Shown here in pieces: positions 47,415-57,033 of a stretch of DNA of 64,000 nt; position 1 is the first letter of the stretch, and every line of letters starts with the position of its first letter. The stretch lies in NCBI GenBank assembly GCA_025934715.1, contig JAICWR010000001.1, forward strand, positions 8,387 through 72,386, read 5' to 3'. The notes under the pieces were generated by a model. That model was not told the origin of the DNA. It ran no database searches and saw only the letters and a program-made list of their open reading frames with translations. Origin of the DNA: Candidatus Saccharimonadota bacterium. GTDB taxonomy: Bacteria; Patescibacteriota; Saccharimonadia; Saccharimonadales; UBA10212. A program made the translations under genes and the position numbers.

Positions 47415-47441
47415 TTAGCACTCTTGACAGTAGAGTGCTAA
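47415..47441 (+). promoter_or_regulatory. perfect CIRCE (HrcA-type) operator overlapping the clpP promoter
   Basis: TTAGCACTC-TTGACAGTA-GAGTGCTAA. TTGACA (47424..47429), 17-nt spacer, TAGAAT (47447..47452). The clpP ATG is at 47461. Confidence 0.85.
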
Positions 47442-47460
47442 TTTCATAGAATTAATTCAT

Positions 47461-48105
47461 ATGGATAAAGTTTCTAAGCCGACTTCGCAAATTTTAGTGC
47501 CCACGGTCATTGAGCAAGAGGGCCGTTTTGAGCGGGCTTATGACATTTACAGCCGCTTGCTGCGCGACCGGGTCATTTTCTTAGGTAGCGACGTCAACGA
47601 GCATTCTGCTAACCTAATAATCGCCCAGATGCTTTTTCTGGAAAATCAGGACCCCAACAAGGACATTATTTTTTATGTGAATAGCCCCGGTGGCAGCGTC
47701 TATGACGGCTTGGCCATCATTGACACCATGAACTACGTCAAGTGTGACATCCAAACCGTTGGTGTGGGTATGCAGGCCAGCATGGGCGCCGTTCTGCTTA
47801 GCAACGGCACAAAAGGCAAACGGATGATATTACCTAACAGCAAAGTAATGATCCACCAGCCGTGGAGCACCGGGCGCGACCGAGCCTCAGTAACAGAGAT
47901 GGAAATCACCCTGCGCGAAATGCAGGACATCAAGAAGCGTCTGGTCGACATAATTGCCAGGAACACCGGTAAGAGCCGCGATAAAGTAGAAAAAGACGCC
48001 GACCGCGACTTTTGGATGAGCGCCGAAGAAGCCACCAAATATGGCATAGTTGATAAAGTCATCGATACCCGAAAATTAGCCGATTCCATCCAAAAAAGCG
48101 CTTAG
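47461..48105 (+). CDS. clpP: ATP-dependent Clp protease proteolytic subunit
   Basis: 214 aa with [30 protein letters not shown] and the catalytic Ser context GMQASMGA. Confidence 0.96.
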   Translation: MDKVSKPTSQILVPTVIEQEGRFERAYDIYSRLLRDRVIFLGSDVNEHSANLIIAQMLFLENQDPNKDIIFYVNSPGGSVYDGLAIIDTMNYVKCDIQTVGVGMQASMGAVLLSNGTKGKRMILPNSKVMIHQPWSTGRDRASVTEMEITLREMQDIKKRLVDIIARNTGKSRDKVEKDADRDFWMSAEEATKYGIVDKVIDTRKLADSIQKSA

Positions 48106-48132
48106 CGTGACGAATATCACCCAGATACAGTG

Positions 48133-48161
48133 TTGACACAGCCGCCAAAGTGCTTCAAAAT
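48133..48161 (+). promoter_or_regulatory. candidate promoter upstream of rpoB
   Basis: TTGACA (48133..48138), 17-nt spacer, CAAAAT (48156..48161), followed by a ~120-nt leader. Confidence 0.45.
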
Positions 48162-48282
48162 GGAGCCAAGAAGTAGTGTACTTTGGTGCTTGCTGTGGCA
48201 AAAAATTTATGGCACGCCGAACGTAGTGGGCTTCGCTTAAGCGACAACTAATTTATAAAAACTAGAGGAGATCTGCTTTTTT

Positions 48283-51200
48283 ATGGCAAAAAGCATGGGG
48301 ACTATTGCACAGCGCACGCACTTTACAAACCAAGACGACGTAATTGCACCACCTAATTTAGTAAGCCACCAGAACGACTCATTCCAATGGTTCGTGGAGG
48401 AAGGCCTTGGGGAGCTACTGGCTGAAATCAGCCCGATCGAAGATTACACGGGCACAAAGTTAAGCCTGTCTTTCAAGGACTATCATTTTGACGACCCCAA
48501 GATGGCCGAAGCCGAAGCCCGGGAAAACAATGTCAGCTTTGAAGCGCCGCTTAAGGCTACTGTCGAGCTGACCAACAAGGTGACCGGCGAGATAAAAGAG
48601 CAGGAGATTTACCTTGGCGACTACCCGTGGATGACTAGCCGAGGCACTTTCGTTATAAACGGCGCCGAGCGGGTTGTCGTCAGCCAGCTGATCCGCTCCA
48701 GCGGTGTTTTCTTCACAGCCGATCCGCATGGCACCACTAATGTCTACGGAGCCAAAATTATACCGACCCGGGGGGCTTGGCTGGAGTTTGAAACGTCAGC
48801 TGCCGGAGCGTTATTTGTCAAGATAGACCGCAAACGCAAAATCGCGGTCACCACTCTGCTCAAAGCTCTCGGCATGGATGTACAGCAGATTAAAGACGCC
48901 TTTAAACATGTTGACCAGGGAGAGGTCAGTTACATAGACGCAACTCTGGAAAAAGATCCAACTGCCGGCACCAATGAGGCGCTGATCGAGGTTTACCGAC
49001 GTTTGCGGCCGGGCGACCTAGCGACTGTCGATAATGCCCGCAGTCTTCTGGAAAACATGTTTTATAATTTCAAGCGCTTTGATTTTGGCCGCGTCGGCCG
49101 CTACAAAATCAACAAGCGACTGGACCTGAAAGTCCCCAACACCATAGATAACCGCGTCATGCGGATCGAGGACCTAAAAGCAGTCATCGCCGAGATTATC
49201 CGTCTGAATGTTACGCAGGATCCGGCCGACGAGATTGACAGTCTGGCCAACCGCCGTGTCAAACTGGTTGGCGAACTGGTCCAGCGCCAGTTCCGAATCG
49301 GCCTGCTGCGAATGGAACGCAACGCCAAGGACCGCATGAGTATGAGCGAGATAGAGACTGTCACGCCGGCTCAGCTGATCAACGCCCGGCCGGTCGTCGC
49401 CGCTGTGCGCGAATTCTTCGCCAGCTCCCAGCTGAGCCAGTTCATGGACCAAATCAATCCGCTGTCCGAACTGGCCCACAAACGCCGCTTAAGCTCGATG
49501 GGCCCCGGCGGCCTGTCCCGCGAGCGGGCCGGCTTTGAGGTGCGCGACGCCCATGCCACCCACTACGGGCGGATTTGCCCAGTCGAAACGCCCGAAGGTG
49601 CCAACATCGGTTTGGTCCTGAACCTCGCCAGCTTCGCGCGTATAAATGAGTATGGATTCATTGAAACTCCTTATCGTAAAGTGATTAACGCCGTGACGGC
49701 CAAAGAGGCCGCCGGTCATATAGCCCGCACCGACTTGGCCAACGAAAAAGGGGCCGTTATCGTCAAAGCGGGAGCGGTCATAACCCCAGCCGCCGCCAAA
49801 CGGTTGGCCGCGGTGAAAAATCAAGCAACCTGGCCGGTTAAAGCCAAAGTCACGAACAAAATTGACTATCTAGACGCTGATCAGGAGGCCGCCGCGGTCA
49901 TCGCCGGCGCTGGGAATGAGATTGATAATAACGGCTACTTTTTGGAAGGCCGCGTCAGCGCCCGTTCACATCTGGAAGCCGGCGAAGTTGACGCTGACGA
50001 AATAACTTACATGGACGCCGCCCAAAGCCAGACCATTGGCTCCAGCGCCGGCTTGATACCCTTTGTTGAAAAGAACTACGTGCTGCGCAGCCTGATGGGT
50101 TCTAACCAGCAGCGCCAGGCCGTGCCTTTAATCGTGCCCCAATCCCCCATCGTAGGTACTGGAATGGAGTCGGTGGTCGCTCATAACACCGGCCAGCTGA
50201 TTGTAGCCGAAGACGACGGGACTGTCGAAAAGGCTACCTCCGAAGAGGTTATTGTTAGCTATAAGAAAGCCGGCAAACGCACCTACCATCCGGTGCATTT
50301 TATGCGCAGTAACGAGGGCAGCTCCATCAACCAGGTGGTGGTGGTCAGCAGCGGTGACAAAGTCAAAGCCGGGCAGCCGCTCATCGAGGGTATGAGTATC
50401 GCCAATGGCGAACTGGCCTTAGGGAAAGATTTGCTGGTGGCCTTCATGCCATGGGCTGGCTACAACTTTGAAGACGCTATCATCATTAGCCGTAAACTAG
50501 TCGAAGACGACACCCTAACTTCTATCCATATCGTCGATTATATGACTGAAGTCCGGGAGACCAAGCTCGGCCCCGAAATAGTCACCCGCGACATCCCGAA
50601 TGTTTCCGAAGAAGCCCTCCGCCACCTCGACGAAGACGGAATTGTCCGCATTGGAGCCGAAGTTCACCCCGGAGACATCCTGGTCGGCAAAATAACGCCA
50701 AAAGGCGAACAAGAGCTCTCCAGCGAGGAACGTTTGCTGCGGGCTATTTTCGGCGAAAAAGCCAAAGAAGTGCGTGACACGTCTCAGCGTATGAGCACTG
50801 GGCGTCATGGCAAAGTCGTCGGTGTTAAGGTGTTCAGCCGGGCCACCGGCCATGAATTGAAAGCCGGCGTGATTATGCAAATACAAGTGTTCGTCGCCCA
50901 AATGCGTAAAATCAGCGTTGGCGACAAACTGGGCGGCCGCCATGGTAATAAAGGCGTGATTGCCCGGATTTTGCCGGCTGAAGACATGCCCTTCACCGAA
51001 AACGGTACGCCGATTGACGTGATTCTAAACCCACTGGGTGTTCCCAGCCGTATGAATATCGGCCAGCTGTTTGAAACCCACCTTGGAATTGCAGCACGCG
51101 CCCTGGGCATTAAAGTTAGCAGCCCGGCTTTCAGTGGTGTCCCTATTGAGAAGATCCAGGACCTTTTAAAACAGGCTGGGCTGCCCGAGGACGGCAAGCA

Positions 51201-51825
51201 ACAGTTATACGATGGTCGCACGGGAGTGGCTTTCTCCGAACGGACCACAGTCGGCAGCATGTACATAATCAAGCTCAATCATATGGTCAGCGACAAGATC
51301 CACGCCCGCTCGACCGGGCCTTACACAATGGTCACTCAGCAGCCGCTGGGCGGTAAAGCCCAGAACGGCGGACAGCGGTTTGGCGAAATGGAAGTCTGGG
51401 CCCTAGAGGCCTACGGAGCCGCTAACACCTTACAGGAAATGCTCACCATTAAGTCTGACGATGTTTACGGCCGGGCGAAAGCTTACGAGTCGATAATCAA
51501 GGGTACGCCCATTCAGGGTCCCAAGGTCCCCGAAAGCTTTAACGTGCTTGTGAAGGAACTGCAGGGACTGGGCCTCAAAGTCGACTTGCTCAAAGAGGAT
51601 GAAGTCATCGATGCCGAACAGATTTTAGCCCAAAGTATTAAGGAAGAGGCCAAGCGCGAGCCAATCGTTTCGCCAGCCGGTGCGACGGTGGATGACGCCG
51701 TAATCGTTGACGACACAGTGGCCAATGACCTGGCGGCCATGGGAGACTCCGGCGTGCAGATAATGGATGCCGAGACAGAAAGCCAGGATCTGGAGAACCA
51801 ATCTATAGAAGAGGAGGCTAAATAA
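48283..51825 (+). CDS. rpoB: DNA-directed RNA polymerase subunit beta
   Basis: 1180 aa with canonical beta-subunit blocks (e.g. GDKLGGRHGNKGV, NPLGVPSRMNIGQ). Confidence 0.98.
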   Translation: MAKSMGTIAQRTHFTNQDDVIAPPNLVSHQNDSFQWFVEEGLGELLAEISPIEDYTGTKLSLSFKDYHFDDPKMAEAEARENNVSFEAPLKATVELTNKVTGEIKEQEIYLGDYPWMTSRGTFVINGAERVVVSQLIRSSGVFFTADPHGTTNVYGAKIIPTRGAWLEFETSAAGALFVKIDRKRKIAVTTLLKALGMDVQQIKDAFKHVDQGEVSYIDATLEKDPTAGTNEALIEVYRRLRPGDLATVDNARSLLENMFYNFKRFDFGRVGRYKINKRLDLKVPNTIDNRVMRIEDLKAVIAEIIRLNVTQDPADEIDSLANRRVKLVGELVQRQFRIGLLRMERNAKDRMSMSEIETVTPAQLINARPVVAAVREFFASSQLSQFMDQINPLSELAHKRRLSSMGPGGLSRERAGFEVRDAHATHYGRICPVETPEGANIGLVLNLASFARINEYGFIETPYRKVINAVTAKEAAGHIARTDLANEKGAVIVKAGAVITPAAAKRLAAVKNQATWPVKAKVTNKIDYLDADQEAAAVIAGAGNEIDNNGYFLEGRVSARSHLEAGEVDADEITYMDAAQSQTIGSSAGLIPFVEKNYVLRSLMGSNQQRQAVPLIVPQSPIVGTGMESVVAHNTGQLIVAEDDGTVEKATSEEVIVSYKKAGKRTYHPVHFMRSNEGSSINQVVVVSSGDKVKAGQPLIEGMSIANGELALGKDLLVAFMPWAGYNFEDAIIISRKLVEDDTLTSIHIVDYMTEVRETKLGPEIVTRDIPNVSEEALRHLDEDGIVRIGAEVHPGDILVGKITPKGEQELSSEERLLRAIFGEKAKEVRDTSQRMSTGRHGKVVGVKVFSRATGHELKAGVIMQIQVFVAQMRKISVGDKLGGRHGNKGVIARILPAEDMPFTENGTPIDVILNPLGVPSRMNIGQLFETHLGIAARALGIKVSSPAFSGVPIEKIQDLLKQAGLPEDGKQQLYDGRTGVAFSERTTVGSMYIIKLNHMVSDKIHARSTGPYTMVTQQPLGGKAQNGGQRFGEMEVWALEAYGAANTLQEMLTIKSDDVYGRAKAYESIIKGTPIQGPKVPESFNVLVKELQGLGLKVDLLKEDEVIDAEQILAQSIKEEAKREPIVSPAGATVDDAVIVDDTVANDLAAMGDSGVQIMDAETESQDLENQSIEEEAK

Positions 51826-51826
51826 G

Positions 51827-54800
51827 ATGCGCCAGTACTCACAAGGGACCAACATAGCCGACTTCGACGCCGTGCGGCTAGCTATCGCTAGCCCGGATGA
51901 TATCCAGGAGTGGAGCTATGGCGAAGTCACTAAGCCCGAAACAATCAACTACCGCACCCAAAAGCCGGAGCGCGATGGCCTCTTCTGTGAGCGGATCTTC
52001 GGTCCGGTGAAAGACATCAACCCTCATGACGCCAAGTATAAAGGTGTGCGCAGCCGGGAGGCAGCCGTCGATAAGAATGGCGAGCTGGTCACCCGCAGTA
52101 TCGTCCGCCGCGAGCGGATGGGCCATATCAGCCTGGCGACACCCGTCGCCCATATCTGGTTTTTGCGCGGGACACCCAGCGCAATGGGGTTGCTGCTGGG
52201 CATGACGGTCAAGAATCTGGAGCGTGTCGCTTATTTTGCCAGCTACATCATTAAAAGCGCTGATTCAGGCGCGCGGGATAAAATCCGAGAAGACCGCAAA
52301 GCTGAATACGAAGCCGCCGAAGCAGCTATTAAAGCCCGCTACGAAAACGAATCAAAGAAAGAAGGCGCCGATGTCCACTCTTTGGCCGAAGCCCGGACCA
52401 AAGAACTAGATGAACTAAGCCGGGAATTGGAACAATTCAACGCCCAGCTCGACAGCCTAGAGAAATTCCGCCTGCTTTCTGAGACCGAGTACCGCAACTT
52501 GCCTGAAGAATTGCAGGCCCTGATAACGGTTGGAATGGGCGGCGCGGCCCTAAAGGATCTGCTTGACGAAGTTGACCTTGAAAAACTGATTGACGACCTG
52601 ACCAAGGAGGCCGAAGAAGCTAAAGGCCAACGGAAGAAGAAAATAATGAAGCGCCTGCGGTTGCTGGAAAGCATGCACCGGGCCGGCATCAAGCCGAGCA
52701 GTTTATGCGTCTCGGTTTTGCCGGTGATACCTCCCGACCTCCGGCCAATGGTGCAACTGACTGGTGGCCGGTTCGCCACCAGCGACCTAAACGACCTTTA
52801 CCGGCGCGTGATCAACCGTAATAACCGGCTTAAGAAGCTAATGGAACTCAACGCGCCGGAAGTGATCCGGCGCAACGAACAACGCATGCTCCAAGAGGCG
52901 GTGGATGCTTTGATCGATAATAACTCGACCCGTTCCGGCCGGGCCGTGGCCGCCACCGGCCAGCGCCGCCGGCTCAAGAGCCTATCCGATATGCTTAAAG
53001 GCAAGCAGGGCCGTTTCCGCCAGAACCTGCTTGGCAAGCGGGTAGACTATTCCGGACGATCGGTCATTGTGGCCGGTCCGGAACTGAAAATGTACCAGTG
53101 CGGCCTGCCTAAGACGATGGCGCTCGAGCTCTTCAAGCCGTTCGTCATTGGCCGCTTGATAGACCAGGAACTGGCCCACAATATCCGCAGCGCCACCCGC
53201 ATGATTGAATCGGGCGATGGTGCGGTTTGGGACGCGCTCGACGAGGTCATCAAGGGCAAGTACGTCTTGCTTAACCGCGCCCCCAGCTTGCACCGCTTAA
53301 GCATCCAGGCTTTCCAGCCGGTGCTTATTGAAGGTAAAGCTATTCAGCTGCACCCCTTGGTTTGCAAGGGTTTTAACGCCGACTTTGATGGGGACCAGAT
53401 GGCAGTGCACCTGCCGTTATCCATGGCTGCCCAGGCCGAGGCCCGCGACATCATGGCTTCTAATAAGAACCTGCTCAAACCAGCCGACGGCTCGCCGATT
53501 TTACACGTCGAACAGGATATCGTTTTGGGCTGCTACTACCTGACATATGAACGCCCCGGGACAAAAGAAGATAAGACGGCCCAGTTCAGCAGTGTCGATG
53601 AAGTGATTCTCGCCTTAGACGACAAGAAAATCACGCTGCAGTCCCGGGTTATGGTGCCGTTCCGCGGCGAAGTGCGGGACACCACAGCCGGACGCCTGTT
53701 GTTCAATGAAATTTTCCCCGAGGATTTCGAATATCAGAATGAACCGATGACCAGCCGCAAACTCGATAAAGTGATGAGCGCCATCTATCAGAAATACGGC
53801 CAGGACACCACTGCGCAGATTGCTGACGATCTAAAAGATTTAGGCTTCAGCCAAGCGACCGCCTCGGGTATCTCTATTGGGATGGATGATTTTTCCGACC
53901 TTAAGGTGCTCCACAAGATTGTGGATGAAGGCGAAAAGCGGGCCACCGAAGTTAGCCGCCAGTACAGTTCTGGTTTGATAACAGATGAGGAACGTTACCG
54001 GCTGACAGTCGAAGCCTGGACTGATGTCGACGCCCAGGTGGAAAAATCCCTGGCTGAGCAATTCGCCACCGAAGATAACACCATGTCCATCGCCGTGGCA
54101 TCCGGCGCCAGAGGCAACTTAAGCCAGATGAAAGACTCTGTCGGCATGATTGGTATCCGGGCGGATGCCACCGGCCGGGCCATGGAGCTGCCGGTCCGGT
54201 CCAATTACAAATATGGCCTTGATCCTCTCGAGTACTTCACCGCGACCCGTGGGACCCGCAAGTCATTAATCGACATAGCCCTGCGCACCGCCGACTCTGG
54301 TTATCTGACCCGCCGGCTGGTGGATGTGGCCCAAGATGTCTTCACAATTGACGCCGATGCCGAAGACCCTGGTTTTCCGGTTTACCGCTCTGATTCCGAG
54401 TTGATCGATGTCAGTTTCGGCAGCCGGCTAGAGGGCCGGTATACCGCTGAGAACGTCAAGCGGCACGTTAAGGCCGGCGAGCTGATCACCGCTCAAACCG
54501 CCAAAGCTATAGACCAAGACGAATCAGTCAGTGTGGTTAAAGTCATGAGCGTCTTATCCTGCTCTAACGCCCGCGGTGTCAGCCGTATGTCTTACGGCAT
54601 AGACCTAGCCACTGGCGAATTAGTGGCTTCGGATTACCCCATCGGGGTAATCGCCGCTCAGTCAATCGGCGAACCTGGCACCCAGCTTTCGCTTGATAGT
54701 AAGCACCGTGCCGGCGCTGTCACAGCTGGCGACGACGTCACACAAGGTTTGACGCGCGTGGAGGAAATCCTGGAAGTCCGAACCCCTAAAGGCCAAGCCT

Positions 54801-55666
54801 ACCTGACCGATATTGCCGGCAAAGTTAATGTCTGGGAAGAAGGCGACCACTTCATTGTTCAGGTCACCGCTAAGCGCCAAAAACCGGTGGAAATCGAACT
54901 GAACGGCCGGATTGCCCAGGTGGCTGACGGCGACGAAGTCAGTATTGGTGATGTGATCGCTTCACAAGAAGACGGCAGCCAGCCCATCACCGCCCCGATG
55001 ACCGGTAAAGTCAATATCAAGAAAAAAATAATCACCGTGTCGCCAACCGCCAAAACGATGATGCGCTATGAGATACCGGCTTTCCGGCAAATGCTGGTCA
55101 AGGATGGCGACGATGTGGCGGCCGGCCAGCGACTGACCAACGGTTCAATTAACCTGCACGACCTCATGCGACTGCAGGGAATCGAAGCTACGCAGCGCTA
55201 TATAATGACTGAAATCCTGTATATCTTCGCCAGCCAAGGGCAGAATATTGCCGATAAGCACCTCGAAGTGATTGTCCGCCAGATGTTCAGCCGCGTCCAG
55301 ATCGAAGATGCCGGAGATAGTGAATTCATCACTGGCGATATCGTCAGCAAACTGGCTGTGGAGGACGCCAACGCGCGTCTGGCCAAAGAAAGGAAGCACC
55401 AAATCAAGTACATCCAGCTTTTGCTTGGTATAACCAAAGCTTCTTTGAGCACTGATTCCTTCTTATCCGCCGCCAGTTTTCAGGATACTACGCGCGTGCT
55501 GATCGCGGCCGCCACCAGCGGCAAAGTTGACCACCTTTACGGCTTAAAAGAGAACGTCATTCTGGGGCGCCGGATTCCGGTTGGCACAGGGGTTATCCAA
55601 AATGAGGAAAGCGACACCGGGGAAATGGCCGAAATGGCTCCGGACACGGTTGCCCCGAAGGAGTAG
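51827..55666 (+). CDS. rpoC: DNA-directed RNA polymerase subunit beta'
   Basis: 1279 aa with the NADFDGDQMAVH catalytic motif. Starts 1 nt after the rpoB stop. Confidence 0.98.
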   Translation: MRQYSQGTNIADFDAVRLAIASPDDIQEWSYGEVTKPETINYRTQKPERDGLFCERIFGPVKDINPHDAKYKGVRSREAAVDKNGELVTRSIVRRERMGHISLATPVAHIWFLRGTPSAMGLLLGMTVKNLERVAYFASYIIKSADSGARDKIREDRKAEYEAAEAAIKARYENESKKEGADVHSLAEARTKELDELSRELEQFNAQLDSLEKFRLLSETEYRNLPEELQALITVGMGGAALKDLLDEVDLEKLIDDLTKEAEEAKGQRKKKIMKRLRLLESMHRAGIKPSSLCVSVLPVIPPDLRPMVQLTGGRFATSDLNDLYRRVINRNNRLKKLMELNAPEVIRRNEQRMLQEAVDALIDNNSTRSGRAVAATGQRRRLKSLSDMLKGKQGRFRQNLLGKRVDYSGRSVIVAGPELKMYQCGLPKTMALELFKPFVIGRLIDQELAHNIRSATRMIESGDGAVWDALDEVIKGKYVLLNRAPSLHRLSIQAFQPVLIEGKAIQLHPLVCKGFNADFDGDQMAVHLPLSMAAQAEARDIMASNKNLLKPADGSPILHVEQDIVLGCYYLTYERPGTKEDKTAQFSSVDEVILALDDKKITLQSRVMVPFRGEVRDTTAGRLLFNEIFPEDFEYQNEPMTSRKLDKVMSAIYQKYGQDTTAQIADDLKDLGFSQATASGISIGMDDFSDLKVLHKIVDEGEKRATEVSRQYSSGLITDEERYRLTVEAWTDVDAQVEKSLAEQFATEDNTMSIAVASGARGNLSQMKDSVGMIGIRADATGRAMELPVRSNYKYGLDPLEYFTATRGTRKSLIDIALRTADSGYLTRRLVDVAQDVFTIDADAEDPGFPVYRSDSELIDVSFGSRLEGRYTAENVKRHVKAGELITAQTAKAIDQDESVSVVKVMSVLSCSNARGVSRMSYGIDLATGELVASDYPIGVIAAQSIGEPGTQLSLDSKHRAGAVTAGDDVTQGLTRVEEILEVRTPKGQAYLTDIAGKVNVWEEGDHFIVQVTAKRQKPVEIELNGRIAQVADGDEVSIGDVIASQEDGSQPITAPMTGKVNIKKKIITVSPTAKTMMRYEIPAFRQMLVKDGDDVAAGQRLTNGSINLHDLMRLQGIEATQRYIMTEILYIFASQGQNIADKHLEVIVRQMFSRVQIEDAGDSEFITGDIVSKLAVEDANARLAKERKHQIKYIQLLLGITKASLSTDSFLSAASFQDTTRVLIAAATSGKVDHLYGLKENVILGRRIPVGTGVIQNEESDTGEMAEMAPDTVAPKE

Positions 55667-55709
55667 ATTTGCTAAACTCAAAGCTTGAATCTCAAGGAGT
55701 TTGAAGGAA

Positions 55710-56120
55710 ATGCCGACAGTTAACCAGCTGGTCCGTAAGCCGCGCCGCTCCGCCGGGACGAAAAGCAAGTCGCCGGCACTACGCCGCGTGGTCAATAATC
55801 TGCAGACCAAGAGTTACGAAAAAGACGCGCCGTTCAAGCGCGGCGTTTGCGTGCGGGTGACAACCAAAACCCCTAAAAAGCCTAACTCAGCGCTGCGTAA
55901 AGTCGCCCGTGTACGCCTGACCAACGGGCATGAAGTCTGGGCTTACATCGGCGGCGAAGGGCATAACCTACAGGAGCACGCTGTTGTATTGGTGCGCGGT
56001 GGCCGCGTAAAGGACTTGCCGGGAGTGCGTTATCACATTGTCCGTGGCTCCCTGGACCTGCAGGGGGTGCAAAATCGAAAACAGGGCCGCAGCAAATATG
56101 GCTCTAAGAGGCCTAAGTGA
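55710..56120 (+). CDS. rpsL: 30S ribosomal protein S12
   Basis: [13 protein letters not shown].. with AAGGAG upstream of ATG 55710; the track ORF begins at TTG 55701. Confidence 0.97.
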   Translation: MPTVNQLVRKPRRSAGTKSKSPALRRVVNNLQTKSYEKDAPFKRGVCVRVTTKTPKKPNSALRKVARVRLTNGHEVWAYIGGEGHNLQEHAVVLVRGGRVKDLPGVRYHIVRGSLDLQGVQNRKQGRSKYGSKRPK

Positions 56121-56308
56121 TGGAAGATTACCCTGAGCTCAAGAACAATCCTGGCACTCCATCTTATGATGAACATATCGAAATGCTGGTTGAGACTTGG
56201 TCAAATGGATTAACCTTAGAGCCTAAAGATATGCTAACTCTGATGGAGGCCCGTCCCGACTTATTTTCCGAAGACACTTTTTCAGGGGAAGGTCCTAATG
56301 CCGCGTAA
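56120..56308 (+). CDS. orphan acidic small protein (62 aa) wedged between rpsL and rpsG
   Basis: ATG overlaps the rpsL TGA (TGATG) and the 3' end overlaps the rpsG start by 11 nt. ~35% G+C in a sampled line. No family recognised. Confidence 0.5.
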   Translation: MEDYPELKNNPGTPSYDEHIEMLVETWSNGLTLEPKDMLTLMEARPDLFSEDTFSGEGPNAA

Positions 56309-56777
56309 AGTCACCAAATCCCTGGTCCGTCCGGTCCAGCCGGACCGGCTGTACAACAGCACGATGGTGGCCAAGCTTATCAACCGCGTGATGCAAAACG
56401 GTAAAAAGCAGTTGGCCGAACGGCTGGTTTATTCTGGCATGCAAAAAGCGGCCGATAAGCTAAAGGTCCAAAATCCCCTGGAAGTGTACGAGCAAGCCAT
56501 GAAGAACATCCAGCCGTACTTGGAAACCCGTTCCCGGAGGGTCGGTGGCGCCAACTACCAGATTCCCTTCGAGGTTAAAAGCCAGCGCCAGCAACACCTT
56601 ACCATAATGTGGTTTGTCGAGGCCGCCCGCGAGCGGAGCGGCATGCCAATGGATGAGCGTATAGCTGCTGAGCTAGTGGATGCCTATAACGAAACTGGTG
56701 CGGCTGTTAAGAAAAAAGAAGATGTACACCGGATGGCGGAGGCCAACCGCGCCTTCGCCCACTTCGCCAGGAACTAA
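56298..56777 (+). CDS. rpsG: 30S ribosomal protein S7
   Basis: 159 aa with typical S7 sequence (MPRK..., GANYQIPFEV). Confidence 0.97.
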   Translation: MPRKVTKSLVRPVQPDRLYNSTMVAKLINRVMQNGKKQLAERLVYSGMQKAADKLKVQNPLEVYEQAMKNIQPYLETRSRRVGGANYQIPFEVKSQRQQHLTIMWFVEAARERSGMPMDERIAAELVDAYNETGAAVKKKEDVHRMAEANRAFAHFARN

Positions 56778-56778
56778 A

Positions 56779-57033
56779 ATGACGCTTGATATTGAAAGGT
56801 GCGAGGGTTGTAATGGCGAATGCGATGACTTCTATCGCCGAACAGCCACGGATCTTCTTTTCCGGAAAAATATTAACAGTCAACTTTTGGGAGATAAGGA
56901 ACAGTTGCTAGTTCTACAGGTAAAAGAAATCGGCAAATGTGCGCTGACTGAAGAGCAAATCAGTAACAATTTAGAGGATTTAATCGGACTAACGGAAGAA
57001 TTAAATGGCAGAGAAGAAGTACGAACTAGGTAA
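56779..57033 (+). CDS. orphan small protein (84 aa, N-terminal CxxCxxxC) between rpsG and fusA
   Basis: ATG lies 1 nt after the rpsG stop and the 3' end overlaps fusA by 29 nt. The track ORF start at 56680 lies inside rpsG and is rejected. Confidence 0.5.
   Translation: MTLDIERCEGCNGECDDFYRRTATDLLFRKNINSQLLGDKEQLLVLQVKEIGKCALTEEQISNNLEDLIGLTEELNGREEVRTR

Noticed and set aside
56680-56778. N-terminal 33 codons of track ORF 56680..57033.
   Set aside because: These codons lie inside rpsG in another frame. ATG 56779, 1 nt after the rpsG stop, is the plausible start.
56105-57010. Short junction similarities around the first two ribosomal-cluster inserts (AGGCCTAAGTGATG vs AGGTCCTAATG; AGGAACTAAAATG vs AAGAATTAAATG), and the similar case at the tuf junction (GAGAAATAAAAATG vs GTGAAAATTAATG), as further insertion-generated direct repeats.
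   Set aside because: These are only 9-13 nt long and dominated by stop/start/A-rich coupling sequence, which would look alike by convergence. They are suggestive but do not meet the standard of the 16-31-nt repeats reported as findings.
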